From Podarcis bocagei (Eukaryota), in the NCBI GenBank assembly GCA_964188305.1, contig OZ076889.1: a stretch of 64,000 bases of DNA, one strand, 5' to 3'. Of this stretch, positions 25,925-38,920 are shown one piece after another. Under the pieces are notes generated by a model, which had not been told where the DNA came from, did not search any database, and was given only the letters and a program-made list of their open reading frames with translations. Position 1 is the first letter of the stretch, and each line of letters opens with the position of its first letter. The position numbers were made by a program, and so were the translations under genes.

Positions 25925-26190
25925 GTGGACACACCCACCCAGATCTCAGTGATACAGAACACATCAGCCTCCTCACCCACAATCAAAACATGGATGAAGG
26001 AGGTCTTATTCAAAGCTGACCTGGCATTCAACAGTAGCAACCACAGACCCGAGAGCTGGTTGATAGGACAACCCAGGTTTGAGGGAGGGCTGGCACACAG
26101 CATATTCACTAACTGACTGTGCCATGTGCCCCTTACCAGGCCTGCCCCACCCCAAAACCATACCTCCCTCATCCAGAACTACTGTGATTG
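25925..26190 (-). mobile_element. LINE ORF2 N-terminal AP-endonuclease fragment
   Basis: LLLLNARSALNKTSFIHVLIVGEEADVFCITEIW matches the NxRS...D...ITETW start of LINE APE domains. Truncated. Confidence 0.8.
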
Positions 26191-26589
26191 CAGGACTGGG
26201 GGATGCTTCTCTGAGCTCTGTTAATGCCTCCCTAAATATCTATAATCTCTCCTTCCTTATTTTCTGTTTTACACCAGAACAGGACTGTAGTAGGACAATA
26301 ATGGGCAAAATTCGTGAATTCATCTTCCTCATTAGGGGTTAATACAATAAAGATGGGCTTATTGATTCCATGGTTTCCACTCTTTGAGCACATGTCACTG
26401 TCAGAGATAGCTGGGGATTGCATTCTTCCTTATCTGTATAGTAGGGCAGACTATATATTTAATATTTTGACAGTGTTGCCAATACCAGGAACAAGGACAC
26501 AAAACCGGCTTTTAGATTTATTGTCATTGATCAGGAATGCTAGGAGGGCTTTTGTAAAGACCACAGAGACAGTCGGTAACACTTCCGAA

Positions 26590-26718
26590 TACCAGTTGCT
26601 GTTGTGCTTGTGTTCTATGTGTAGGTTTCCCATGGGCATCTAGTCGGCCACAGTGAGAACAGGATGCTATTCTAGGTCGGCTACTTGGTTGTCCCAGATG
26701 GCCCTACTTATGTTCTTA
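26590..26718 (+). mobile_element. CR1-type LINE 3' end fragment
   Basis: ggcatctagtcggccacagtgagaacaggatgct...cttatgttctta is the reverse complement of the family at 10944. Confidence 0.7.
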
Positions 26719-27330
26719 CAGGAATCTTATCCCTTATACATTATGTAATGAGCATTTTAAACCCCTTTGACATGCAGTGACCATAATGCTGAGTTTGGTT
26801 AGGACAAAACAACCTCCGACTGATCTACTGTATGAAAGGTTTGCTGGATTATTGACAAAATGCTCTGTAATCATCCCCCTGGAACAAGAAAGGAAACAGG
26901 ACAGGCCTGAAGAATGGAGAACAGATCAGATGTTTGTCACATATTAAAGACCCTATCACTGTGCCTGCACGCCCGATTAAAAGCAATATTGGAGAAGCAG
27001 TCAGGCTCTTGGCTGTAAATGTCTTAAGCTCTCTCTTTTTTCTTGCTATACTGCAGGGATTCTCATAACTCTGACAACTTGCTCTTTCCCTGCTCTCAAC
27101 TCTTACCCATCACAAGGACAAAGTGAGATGTTTGATTCAGGAACATCCCCGGGCGTATTTACTTTGATAGAACCATTTTTTTCCTTCATAAAAGATTTTA
27201 TTTGAATAAAAGGAGGATTCTTATTCAGTGTGCTAGACTTGAAAGCATTTCAGGCATAGAAACATCATCAACTATAACTCTCACTGTAACTAGCACTCTC
27301 AAACACACATACCAGCCCCAAAATATGATG

Positions 27331-27332
<2 letters not shown>

Positions 27333-27386
<54 letters not shown>
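27333..27386. repeat. (AT)n microsatellite
   Basis: Direct reading. Confidence 0.97.
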
Positions 27387-27391
<5 letters not shown>

Positions 27392-27491
27392 GCCACCTTC
27401 TGGATACAATTCTTTCGAGGCAGCTTACATGATAGAAATATAACACAAAAAACAATATTAGCACAGTGTAAATCATTCCCAGGATCTGAAT

Positions 27492-27791
27492 TGGGGGGTG
27501 GGAAAAGCTTTTTCAGCCCTGAGGGCCACGATCCCTTCTGGGCAGCCTATGGGGGCCACATGCCAGTGGTGGGCGGGGCAAGAGGAAAAGGGAGATCGAG
27601 CAACAGATCCTTCTTGATCTTCTATTCAGGCAAGTAAGGATGCATCCCAGCCAGGCCAAAAAAAATATCAATGAGGGTGCAAAGCATGTTGGGTATGATG
27701 TATTCCTCAGGAGGGTAAGTGGCATGTTAGGGACCAGTTAGGGAGGATGGAAGGACTGCATTTGGCCCTTGGTCGGAGGTTCCCTTCCATG
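27492..27791. mobile_element. hAT-Charlie-like non-autonomous element, diverged
   Basis: ggggtgggaaaagctttttcagccctgagggccac...tttggccc...gaggttcccttccatg, followed by gtctgcaa. Confidence 0.55.
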
Positions 27792-29229
27792 GTCTGCAAG
27801 TTCATAAGGCCACTTCTTTACTGAAGCTAAGGAGGACAACATCTAGCAAATGCCTGAATGTTGCCTTTCCACCAAATGTTGTTCAGGCTCATGTTCATCA
27901 TAAGTCACACTGCACTGGCACCTGATTAGTTGCAAGAATACAGAAGAGGAGGAGGTGACAGCAGCTCCAGTGGCCTTGGCCATGGCAAGAGTCCCATCCA
28001 GAGATGCTATGCTAGAGCAGAGATCTGTTTCTGCCACACCTCCTTCCCATATGAAACTGGAGCCTGATGCTATTAAACGACTGTGTGGACTTTCAGTAAA
28101 AGTGGGAATCATAAGAATGGATGATGCGAATCAGCACTGAAATCTAAGACTGGATTGGCATCCAGCTGTTAGAAAGGATAATTTTTCAGACTGGGCAAGG
28201 GGCTAAAGAAATCAAATTCTGACCATGTACCAATAGTGAGTAGTTGACTTACTGACCTAGTATCAGAAAGACTTACTATGCGGGTATAGAAGCAGGACAT
28301 CAGTTCATAATATGCCTTCTTATTAATTACTAACAGGGTAAGAATGTCAAGGTAAAGGTCCCCAACTCATTATCAAAATTAGATTTTTTGAGCAGTGAAA
28401 GTTTGTATTGGATTCCTGTTACCCATAAATCTTGTCAGTACTAGGGAAATACATGTTTTCTTTTTTAAAAAAGCATGAAATGTTAGTGTCCCAAATATCT
28501 ACCTGAATCTCTCGTGCATTCAGCCTCACTGCTCTGTTTCTTCTGTGAATTGCTGCAAATCTTAAAGCCAGTTAACTATTAGAAATAGGTTGTTTTCATT
28601 ATATCACTGTTAAATTTTTAGTTGAGATGCATTAGCCTCTTTCAAAGCTGCCAAAAAACTACTCTTAAGCTGCCCACATGCCACCTACAAAATCAAATCC
28701 AACTTTTTGGAATAGAAATGTCAAAACATAAAGAAGAAAGAGGCCTCTTAACCTTAGCAAGTAATTATGCAACCACCTACAAGGCTCACACCATTTGTTA
28801 ATGGGAACAGAACATGAAGTGCTGGATTTCATACATTTTATTGGATGCATAAAGGTATCATGAGCCATGGCAATATATTAGCACCTAACAGCAAGCAACC
28901 CAGCATACTATAAGAGGATTTCATTTGTATGGTCATTTGTTCCATGAGATACTAAAAAAAAGCACTGAGAAAATAAAGACATGTTTGTTCAGAACAACAG
29001 AAAACATTTATATTGCAAATATAGAAAGAGAAGTTCTGAGAAGTCAAGGTTAAGGCAGGTCTCTAAACCTATTTCTTTTCCAGAAGCAAAGTACATGTTT
29101 TATAAAATGAGCCTTTCTTTGTATTTTCAGTTTCAATGGACATTTGCAACTTATGTATTGATTTATTTGTGTGTTTGTTTCTTTTTTATTCTGGCTTTCC
29201 CCCATAGCACGAATTGAAACAGGCTTATA

Positions 29230-29470
29230 CAGTGGTACCTTGGGTTCAGATGCTTCAGGTTACATAAACTTCAGCTTACAGACTCCGCTAACCCAGAAAT
29301 AGTACCTCAGGTTAAGAACTTTGCTTCAGGATGAGAACAGAAATTGCATGGCGGCGGCACAGCGGCAGCGGGAGGCCCCATTAGCTAAAGTGGTGCTTCA
29401 GGTTAAGAACAGTTTCAGGTTAAGAATGGACCTCTTGAACGAATTAAGTACGTAACCAGAGGTACCACTG
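29230..29470. mobile_element. Tc1/mariner (Tigger-like) MITE
   Basis: cagtggtacct...aggtaccactg TIRs with TA TSD. Confidence 0.9.
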
Positions 29471-29749
29471 TATTGGGAGACACAGTCTTCAAATAACTTG
29501 GACCTGAGTCATTTTAGTCATAACCAGCACTTTGAAGTGTGTCCAGGAATGACCCAATAGCTAGTGGAGCTGCTGTAACAATGAGTAACCTGCTCCAGTC
29601 AACAATCTGGCTTCAGTATCTTGGACCCACTGAAGTTTCTAAACACTTTTCAAAGCTAGCCACACATAGGCATGTATTAACAAAGGCATGTATCACCGTG
29701 GCCAGATTAGACATCTCCAGAAATGGGCACAGCTGGTGCACTGGTGTTA

Positions 29750-30102
29750 ATAATGGTAATGGGACCCCTGACCATTAGGTCCAGTCATGACCGACTCTGG
29801 GGTTGCGGCAATCATCTCGCTTTATTGGCCGAGGGAGCCGGCGTACAGCTTCCAGGTCATGTAGCTAGCATGACTAAGCCGCTTCTGGCGAACCAGAGCA
29901 GTGCACGAAAACGCTGATTACCTTCCCACCGGAGTGGTACCTATTTATCTACTTGCACTTTGACGTGCTTTCGAACTGCTAGGTTGGCAGGAGCAGGGAC
30001 TGAGCAACAGGAGCTCACCCCGCCGCGGGGATTCGAACTGCCAATCTTCTGATTGGCAAGTCCTAGGCTCTGTGGTTTAACCCACAGCGCCACCCGCATC
30101 CC
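29750..30102 (-). mobile_element. Sauria SINE, full length
   Basis: Collinear with 12031-12386. TSD tggtgcactggtgtta / tggtacactggtgtta (15/16). Confidence 0.92.
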
Positions 30103-31974
30103 TGGTACACTGGTGTTATAAATGTGCAAATGCACTCCTTGCCAGGAGTCACACCTAAGCTGCAAACCTGAGTTTTGAGAGGGAGTGTAATCCAGTCCAG
30201 CACAGCTTGAATCCCTATTTCCTGATGTGCCTTTCAACTCTTGTCTTGTCAGTACCGGATTGAACTATAAGTCCATCCTCTCTTTCCCCCTGCTATCATT
30301 TCTACAGAGAATGAGGCCCATTTTCCTACTGCTTTATTTGGCCTGTCTTTAAATCTCTCAAAAAAATGGGGCAGCAGCTGCTATTACTACTTCTAAACTT
30401 GGAAGGTTCTTCTTTATACAAAAAAAAACATACAGCACTGGGCAAGTGAAATGGAACCTCATTTTTCACTGGGTCTCAACTGGAAGCTCTTGCTAATTCA
30501 GTTTAAACTCTTGCTATCCACAGGAATTGTTGGTTTTATAAAAAGTGTTGCAGGACCATTCAAAAATACTGTCTGATTTCTGAACTCTTTCCCCCAACTA
30601 AAGCAACATTCACTGTGGGCTGCTGCGAAGTGGCTTTGTTTTGCATTTCTCCCCAATAGCTTCTATGTACTTAAAGAATAAGAAAACAAATATGGCTATT
30701 TCCAGCCCTGGAAACCACTTAGTTTTACTACTGCATGTAGATAAATTCACTGTGAAATTGAGTTTGCACAGTGATGGCGGGAAGTGGGGAGAAATAGTCC
30801 ATTGAAAGCTGGCAGAAGCTAGCTAATTGGTCTCAAACCAAAGGCTGCAATTCACAGGACATTTACTCCGGAGAAATTCTGTTCTCATCACTAAGACTGC
30901 TCTCGAGCAAGTTGTGTTCTGAATCATTAAAAGACCTGTAATTATACTGCTCAGAATTAACCCAGAAGGCTGTTTTTAAAAGTCCATTTTAAAGTGAATT
31001 TATACTATTATAAGGCCTGTCGACTCTGAGTAATAAAAGAGGAGATGCTAAGTTAAGCTTTGTGTTATCCTGTTTGCTCAGATGGTGCTTATGGTGCTGT
31101 ATCCCGTACAAAAGCACTTTTCAATTTATTTTTATTGCTCTTCTCTAAAAGCATTCCATTAAAGGAATATTACACTGTATGAAGTTTCGAACCACCGTCG
31201 GCAGTTTATTTGCTTGTTTTGCCAGAATGGAATAAACAGTTATTCATGTAACTGTTATTGCTGCTTCATGCTTGCAACACTATAGTTAAGGGTCAATTGC
31301 TGTTTGTTCTTTGTGCCATTGTGCTTCTAAGCCACACATCTTCCTTTTCTTCTCAGGAAATTTTTAACTTGGCTCATTCACCAATCACATTCAGCTGGGA
31401 ATTGGTCTTGAGTTGAAGGTTGCCTGCTGAGAAGGGACTTTGTTGAAGCTGCACAATTTAATTGGCATGTGTAGATATGACTATGAAACTGCACTCTGGT
31501 GGGAGAAGCAAAAAACACAAACTCAAGATTGCATCTCACATAAACTAAGCCAGTGGTGGGGAGTCTGCAGTCCCCAGACTCAACCCATGCAGCCTTTGGG
31601 ATGCTGTACACTTTGTTTTGGGACCACCCCTCTGAGAATCTTTTCTTCTTCAGTGTCATGGCTGGTATTCAACAAAATATCTCCACTAGTGTAATGACTT
31701 TGGACTGCATGATGGCATTTCCCCTCCCTCTCCTGCACATGCCATACCTCTCCCCAGTCCTGGGGTTTTCCCCAACCTCCTGGAGCAGATTTAAGGAGGT
31801 TGTGAGGACATGCAGGAAGAGGAGAGATAGGGGAGGGGTTTTGATGCACTCTTCCTGCAAATCATATTTTCTCTGTCTGTTTCTGTTCCCACTCTCCTAC
31901 TAACACCTTGGCGGTACTTTCTGGTGTTGTGCCTTTTATGCAACTTTTGTGAATGTCCAGGGAATGCTCTGGTC

Positions 31975-32202
31975 CAGTGGTTCCCAAGCTTTTTTTTGGA
32001 CATGCCCCACCTAAGAATCTCTAAAATACTGGTGCTCCCCCCACTCCGTGACATATAATTCTTATTATTCAGAAAGTGAACTCCTATTCACATGGAGGAA
32101 GCCTAAAAGGCCATTCACTATTAATAACTCATTCTCGAATTGTCCCCCTTAAAAATCAAATTGCACCCCAGTGGGGCATGTGTCCCACGTTGGGAACCAC
32201 GG
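31975..32202. mobile_element. hAT-Charlie-like non-autonomous element
   Basis: TIRs cagtggttcccaa / ttgggaaccacgg. Degenerate 8-bp TSD ctctggtc / ctgttgtc. Confidence 0.75.
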
Positions 32203-33658
32203 CTGTTGTCCTAATGTCTTCCAATTGTCCCTTCCAATCCACCCAGCAGAGCAGTGGCACAGCAGGCAGTGGCCAGCAACCTCTGTGTCCTTCCAAAAAT
32301 GCAAATAAAAGAGGAGGGTAAAATATTGACAGCAACACCCCAGGTGAGATCTAGTAGTAGCCCCTTATTTATTATTTCATTTATTGAAGCTGTTTATATA
32401 CCATTTAATTACCAAAGTTTCTGAGTGGTGGAACTATGGCAGCAAGGATGCTCATTTAACTTCCTGTGCCTTTGCAGGCAATCTAAACTGTGCTTGATCA
32501 GGGTTGAATAGGATTCTGAAGCAGCACTGAAGGCATTGTTTTTGCTGTCACATATGATGTAAAGAACAATACAGGCAGCAATAATTACATTCAGCTCCTC
32601 AACTTCAAGTCAGATGGCCAGCCAGCACCAACAGTTCCCTGACCCACATTTCCACCTGCCCACCAATGAAACACCCACATGGGCATATATCTGGTTTGGA
32701 AGGGTAATTATGCTTTAAAAAGAAGAAGAAGAAGAAGAAGCTATTGAGGTGCTGCTTAGCACATCTGGAAGAAAACAGGTAGAAGAATGAGAGATTCAGG
32801 CATCTGCTAGCACAGAGTCCCAGTGCAGAAACTGATGAGGAAAAAACACAAGATGAGCATATTTATGTACCTTTAATTAGGGTCTGTAAAAGACCTAATT
32901 GTTAAAAAACAAAACAAAAAAAACATGAAGACTGCTTTAACCTCTCTCTCGTTACATGGACAGCATCTAACTTTAGAGGGAATTCTATCAAATCTGTCAC
33001 TTAAAACCACTGAAGATAAAACATTTCAACAGACCAATCAAATAGCTCTTATATACTTAGGCATTGTTTTAAACGCATGCCTATAATTGACAACAGCTAC
33101 AATTCTCCCAGATAAACGTGCCCATTTATTAAGATCCATAATGGAGTCATTCCAGAGTGTCCCTTCATTCACTAAAATATGTTTGGTTGAAACTCACTTT
33201 GTCAATGGCTTTTGCCACATACTGAAAATGTTTCCTTTTAGGAAGTCTTTGGGGGCCTAAGTTTTCACATTCTGCTGGAATTGGCTTAAGTGGAAGCTTT
33301 CTGCTTCTTACTGTTTTCATTCTACTTCATATTGTTCTTGTTTTTGTTGCTGTTGTATTTTTATATGATAAAAATTCCAGGGATGGTTGTACCATGAGCC
33401 AAGACTTGGCTGTGGTGGTGAATCAGGAGAGGAAGTGAATCACACATACCCACCCACCACCCTGGGCTGCCCAATGGTCTGACTTGGTTTAAGGCATCCT
33501 CTTATGTTCCCTCAACAAGCACTTTTAAAGCAGCAACAGGAGGTTGTTGCCTTATGGGGGAGAAGAGAAACAGGAAGCTCTTCTGCTGCAAATGGCAAAA
33601 TGTCTTGTGGCAGATTGTTAGTTGAACTGCTTCAGGAAAGATAGAACTGGATGTAGCT

Positions 33659-33727
<69 letters not shown>
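33659..33727. repeat. (AC)n(AG)n compound microsatellite
   Basis: Direct reading. Confidence 0.97.
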
Positions 33728-33729
<2 letters not shown>

Positions 33730-33873
33730 TGTTGTGCAGGTTTAGAAGCTGGTAGGGGTACCTCTAGTTAGATCATTGCCATCCTAAGAAAAGTCTTCCT
33801 TTTGTATATAAAAGAATAAACTGAAACATACTAGTTTATATAAAGCACAGTATATTAACTAGTTTATATAAAG

Positions 33874-34118
33874 CAGTCATGTCCAACAGATGGATCAGGA
33901 CCTACCGGTAGATCACTGGATGTCTGTGGTAGATCACCAATAGATCACTGGTTCCCCCCAAAGAAGCTCAACAAGTTTGGCTTGACCTGAACCCCTAAAA
34001 AAACAGGCCTTCCTGTTCCCTAAAAAAAAGCTCAACTTTGACCTGAACTCCCAGTTCACTGCCAATCTTTAAATCTTTAATGAGTAGATCGCAGTCTCTT
34101 GGGAGGTGGCCAACCCTG
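33874..34118. mobile_element. hAT non-autonomous element
   Basis: Perfect 8-bp TSD atataaag (33866-33873, 34119-34126), cag...ctg termini, repeated gtagatc subterminal motifs. Confidence 0.85.
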
Positions 34119-34692
34119 ATATAAAGCATAGTATATTAACTATGGTATCTCTCAAATGCAACTACTAAGTCTTTCTGAAATGACTTATCAGGATAAAGAC
34201 CATACTTGTACCCCATACTCAAGTCCTAAATCCAGAATTTCTGCTTCTATTTAAGTAGATTGTATTTTACTGGTACCTTGACTGATGAATAAACAAAATA
34301 TGTTTTCCCTTTCTTCTAATTTTTAAGTGTGAAACACACACACAGAGAGAGAGAGAGAGCATTGCTCACATAGCCATGCCATTACTGCTAATAAGATTCT
34401 GCGGAATAGGAGCAAGAGGCTCCTTCAAGTCAGGATGTGGCAGCTAGCCCAAGATGCATAGGCTCTGAATTTGCAATCTCATATATGCCATTGATCTCAA
34501 CAGTAATAAAGGGAAAAAAGTGGAAGGAGTAACCAGGAGACACATTGCGGCCACGATGTCACCAAAATCACAGCTTGCAATAGATACCTGCCATATGAAT
34601 TTGTTATTTGGCATGGCCATATTAAAAGTCTTGCAAAAACCGTGCATTACATCAACATTTGTGGAATTGTCTAGGCATCTACAAGAGCTATT

Positions 34693-34694
<2 letters not shown>

Positions 34695-34736
<42 letters not shown>
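34695..34736. repeat. (AC)n microsatellite
   Basis: Direct reading. Confidence 0.97.
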
Positions 34737-34738
<2 letters not shown>

Positions 34739-35584
34739 TAGCAACTGATCTAATTGCAGGCTGGGCCTAATGCTGTTCTACTCTGAGAGCAAAATGAGAA
34801 TCAGGTGGGAGAGGCCAAGATAGTCTGTTGGCTGCCTTGAGGATTTTACCAGAATTATTGTTTCTTATGTGTTCAAAGGCAATTTCATTTTCAACGAAGG
34901 AGTGCCGAATTTGGGTATGATAAACACAATACCAAAGGGATGCAGTGTGCAAGGACAAGACCATTTGACCTAAATTCTTGCAGTAGAGCTTGCTATAATG
35001 AACCCTGTCTTATCTCTGTGGATAGGGAGGTGATTTGCAGACATCAAATTCTGTAATTCAGCGAATGCTGCTCTAAACTTGGGAGACCAGCACATATACA
35101 CGCACAAAAGAATTGTTGATGCAGAATAATATACTTGCACATGGTAAGCAATAGACAAGCAACTGTATATCACAGTGAGCAATAATGTCAGGTTTGGGAA
35201 TCAGATAAATTGCAAATAACAATGGAGAAGACAAGTGACCCTTGAGGAGAATCAGCTGATAGAATGAGACGAAGTGGATGTAAAGCCCTCTCCTTGTTTA
35301 GTGAAGGGGGATGGGTGCCAGTAAGGTGGAGGATATTTTTGCAGAAAGTGGGGTAACGATGGACTATAAAGCTGTGTTGAGGCATAGACAAAATTATGAC
35401 AGCTGTTAACACAGGGAAGTGGGGAAGGAGAGAAACCACAGTGTCAAGGAATAGACAGGAGTGTTCTAAGGTACATAGTACAAGGGCTTGTTCACATTTC
35501 TGTTTTCCCGTGTCTAGAAAGCATGGGCCCAAGTGATCATCTGCTTGACCCACACATTCTAGGCATAGGTTCATGAGCCTCATC

Positions 35585-35792
35585 TTTTTATTTTGTATTT
35601 TATTTCTTAAACTTCTATATTGCCCTTCATCAGAGGATAACAAGGTGGTTTATAATATAAAAACACAAAACACATAACATAGTAATGAACGAAAACAATA
35701 CCCTCAAACAAACATTTTTAAAGGCCTGAGAGAAGGGGAATGTTTTTTGCCTAGCACATAAATATATGTAACGAATGCACCAAGCAAGCTTT
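35585..35792 (-). mobile_element. L2-type LINE 3' end and tail
   Basis: tatattgcccttcatcagaggat..aaggtggtttataa stem region plus gaatgttttttgcctagcac (KTFPF-like on minus). Confidence 0.55.
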
Positions 35793-36629
35793 TTACATAA
35801 CAGAATAATCAAACGATCTGGATCCACAGGGCTAACGTCTACAAAATATGGACTGACACCTCTTCAACCTTATCTGTGCTTTCAGAGAATTTGATCGGCA
35901 CCTTCACCATGTGTGTCAAAGCTTACCTAACAGCCGGATTTCACACCTTTCCAAATGCTGCAGTGCTGCTCCTGACGGTATTTATATGCATTGAAATAAA
36001 CATATAAAGTATTCTGAGTGTGGATGGGGATACACATTTCAATATTGAGATAACATGCACATTTAAATATGTGTTTTGAGAGAAGATAGATGCTTAAATA
36101 TGCACCTTGAAGGAAAATACACATTTTAGTATGATTTAATTATGCATTTTAAGAGTGGCTGCTTTTGGAAGATCACAGGCTAATGCAGAAATAGAACAGA
36201 ATTCTGAATAAAAACATGCAAAAGTAAATGGACCTGGAGTAGACAGATCACCCATCCCAAAAATCACAGGAAGCAAGGAGTAAGTTATCATAACACCTGA
36301 AAATATTGCTAGAAGCAAAAGAGAGTTGAGTGAAACTACTAATGGTGTTTCACAATATTTATAGTAGCACCAATTCTCTTTTGATTTTTTTTCAGCAATA
36401 GCTGGAAAAAATGTTTCCTTGTTCAGTTAGATCGCCTCATCTTCCATTTGCAGCAGAATATGATAAGTTATGTTGCATCGAAATGTCACCATATGACATT
36501 ATTTGCACGATTGGCTCCAGTATCCTTGCTTTCTCTTTACTGAGTAACAATTGGGGGGAGAGGGGTTCCCAGTTTGAAAGAAAGAGGTTTTAACTTTTTA
36601 CCCCAGTTCAAATTCAGATGTTCTTCCAC

Positions 36630-37045
36630 TAGAGATGGGGGTGATTCAATTCAATTCACATTTAATGTCAAATCTTACACCTTATGAAACAATATGAGAA
36701 CTGCAACACAGCCTTCCACCAAAATTCACACTTATCAAAAGTCTGCAAAGCAGTTCTCTAAAGGCAAACATAGTGTACAAAAATGCATCTATTAGAGGAA
36801 AGTGTGCATAAAAATCAATATATTAGTGAAAATAGTTTACAAAAATGCATTATACTATGAGAAAATGCTTACAAAAATGTGTTCATTAGTGAAACCTGAA
36901 TGCAAAAAAGGTCTTTATTAGGAGAAAGTCACATTAAAATGCTGAAGAATTTTCATGAGGATGCATAAAAAAGAAAATTGTGAATTAAGAACTGTAGAGA
37001 ACTTATTTTGAGACTGGAAAAATGAGAAACATAGAGAACCGAAAC
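36630..37045 (+). mobile_element. AT-rich hAT-Ac-like element with internal subrepeats
   Basis: tagagatggg terminus, caaaaatg..tattag units, homologous to 23125-23478. Confidence 0.65.
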
Positions 37046-37047
37046 CT

Positions 37048-37110
37048 TCTGTGGGAAGCCACCCAGAGTGGCTGGGGAAACCAGCCAGATGGGCGGGGTA
37101 GAAATAATAA

Positions 37111-37170
<60 letters not shown>
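37048..37170 (+). mobile_element. LINE (L2-like) extreme 3' end with (ATT)20 tail
   Basis: gggaagccacccagagtggctggggaaaccagccagatgggcggggtagaaataataa followed by (att)n at 37111-37170. Confidence 0.75.
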
Positions 37171-37171
<1 letters not shown>

Positions 37172-38890
37172 CTACCTTCCATGCTCCACATGCAGCTGCT
37201 GTTCACTCCAAGAGGGAAGTTGCCATGGGTGTAAACTTCCATAGATTTTCCCAAACTGAAAACGGAAGAGTAATCAGTTTTTCAAAACGTATTTGTGATC
37301 GTAATGATGTATTGATTTTTAGAAAAAGAAGAAGAAATATGAATACTTTCAAACCAAGTTAATTTTATCCTATCAATTTAGTTTTGCTCTCACAAGATGT
37401 GAGGACCCCACAGTTAAATCTCTATCACTGTACATCCCTTGTATTCTCCTACATGCCCCCTGAATTATATTAAAATCTAGATCATCAGTTACTAATTAAG
37501 TTGGACATTTTTTATCCAAATGTATTTCCAGATTTCCATCCCATACTTAAAAAAATAAATTAGCATTGTTTCATCCCCAGTATTGCTCCTGGAGTCACTT
37601 CCTGCATTTTGCATTGCTTCTAATGGAGAGGAAGATTCAAACCCTAAAAGGATGCCACAAGACAGAAAATGAGAAACATGTTCCTTTTTGAGATAAGAGG
37701 CAATGGTTAAGATAATATAAAGGGGGACAAGAAAGCAATAACCAAAACACCTGTTAGGAAAAATGGAACAAATTATTAAAATAAACACTTGAATCTCCTT
37801 CACAAAGGGCATTTGAGATAGTTTGTGACTGCATTATGTTCAGAAATTTCTGGAGTTTGATTCAGTCCTTTTATTCTGAAGATGCATGCTACATAACCAC
37901 TTTTGTGATGTCCTTGGTCCTTGCATTCAGTAAGTGAATAGGAAGGGCGAAAGCATGGGATTATTCTAGATCTTTATTATAACAACTGGGTTATTTTATA
38001 ACACCATTAACTGCAATGCAGTTCCACTGAGACTGCTGCCACCAGTTCCTTCACCCAGCCAGGGGCTATGATCTGATTGTCTCACTTTGTACATGTCCAG
38101 CAGAAGTCAGTTTCTACAATGGCTTGGCTGAGCATGTGAACAGAAGCACTAGTGAGCACAGCAGCAAACAGGATAAGCTGGGTGGGGGAGGGGAAGGTCA
38201 CCACGCAAGACTTGCCATTCTGTATTTAAATCTATCATCACAGCTTTAGGCAGTGCTGGGTAATTACTTTGACTTGGTAGGAGACGTGTGGCACTATGCT
38301 GTGCAAACACATCGCGCTCATCAGAGTCAAATAATTGATCCAGCACGAGCCCACTGTCTCATACAGAATCCCCCCAACCAAAAGATGCTCCAGCCAGTTT
38401 ACATTGCAAATGCGACTGCTTATGTCCCAGAAAACTGTGTTGCCTTTCCTCCTTTCTTTCTCATTTATGTACTTCGTCTCTATGCACACAGTAGCTGGTG
38501 GGTCATTTTTCAGACTTGGTGGTGGTGGTGGGGTGTTTCTTTGTCCAGAAACAATTTCACTTCAAGCCCACAGGGCTTGTCAGTTGGCCCTTTGCCCAAC
38601 TCCTGCTCCCTTTGCCGCAAATTACCAGGCAGGGAAATAAATGACAGTTTTCATCATTCCTGCGTAAATGATTCCGTGCTGAATCAGCCATTTTGGACTC
38701 TGACTGCATTGCCTGTCTGAGAAGGAAGGGCTGCATGCGTGGAGATGGCATGAAAGTCAAATGAAAATCTCCCAAGGAAGGGGGAGGGGATAAGAGATTT
38801 CGGCTTGTTTTTGTTCCCAGGCCTAAATAAATAAATAAATAAATCCTCTTCTCTCTCCTTCTCTTCTTAACTCCACCATCTTTCAAAAGC

Positions 38891-38920
38891 CCTTCCTTCC
38901 TTCCTTCCTTCCTTCCTTCC
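38891..38920. repeat. (CCTT)n microsatellite
   Basis: Direct reading. Confidence 0.95.
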
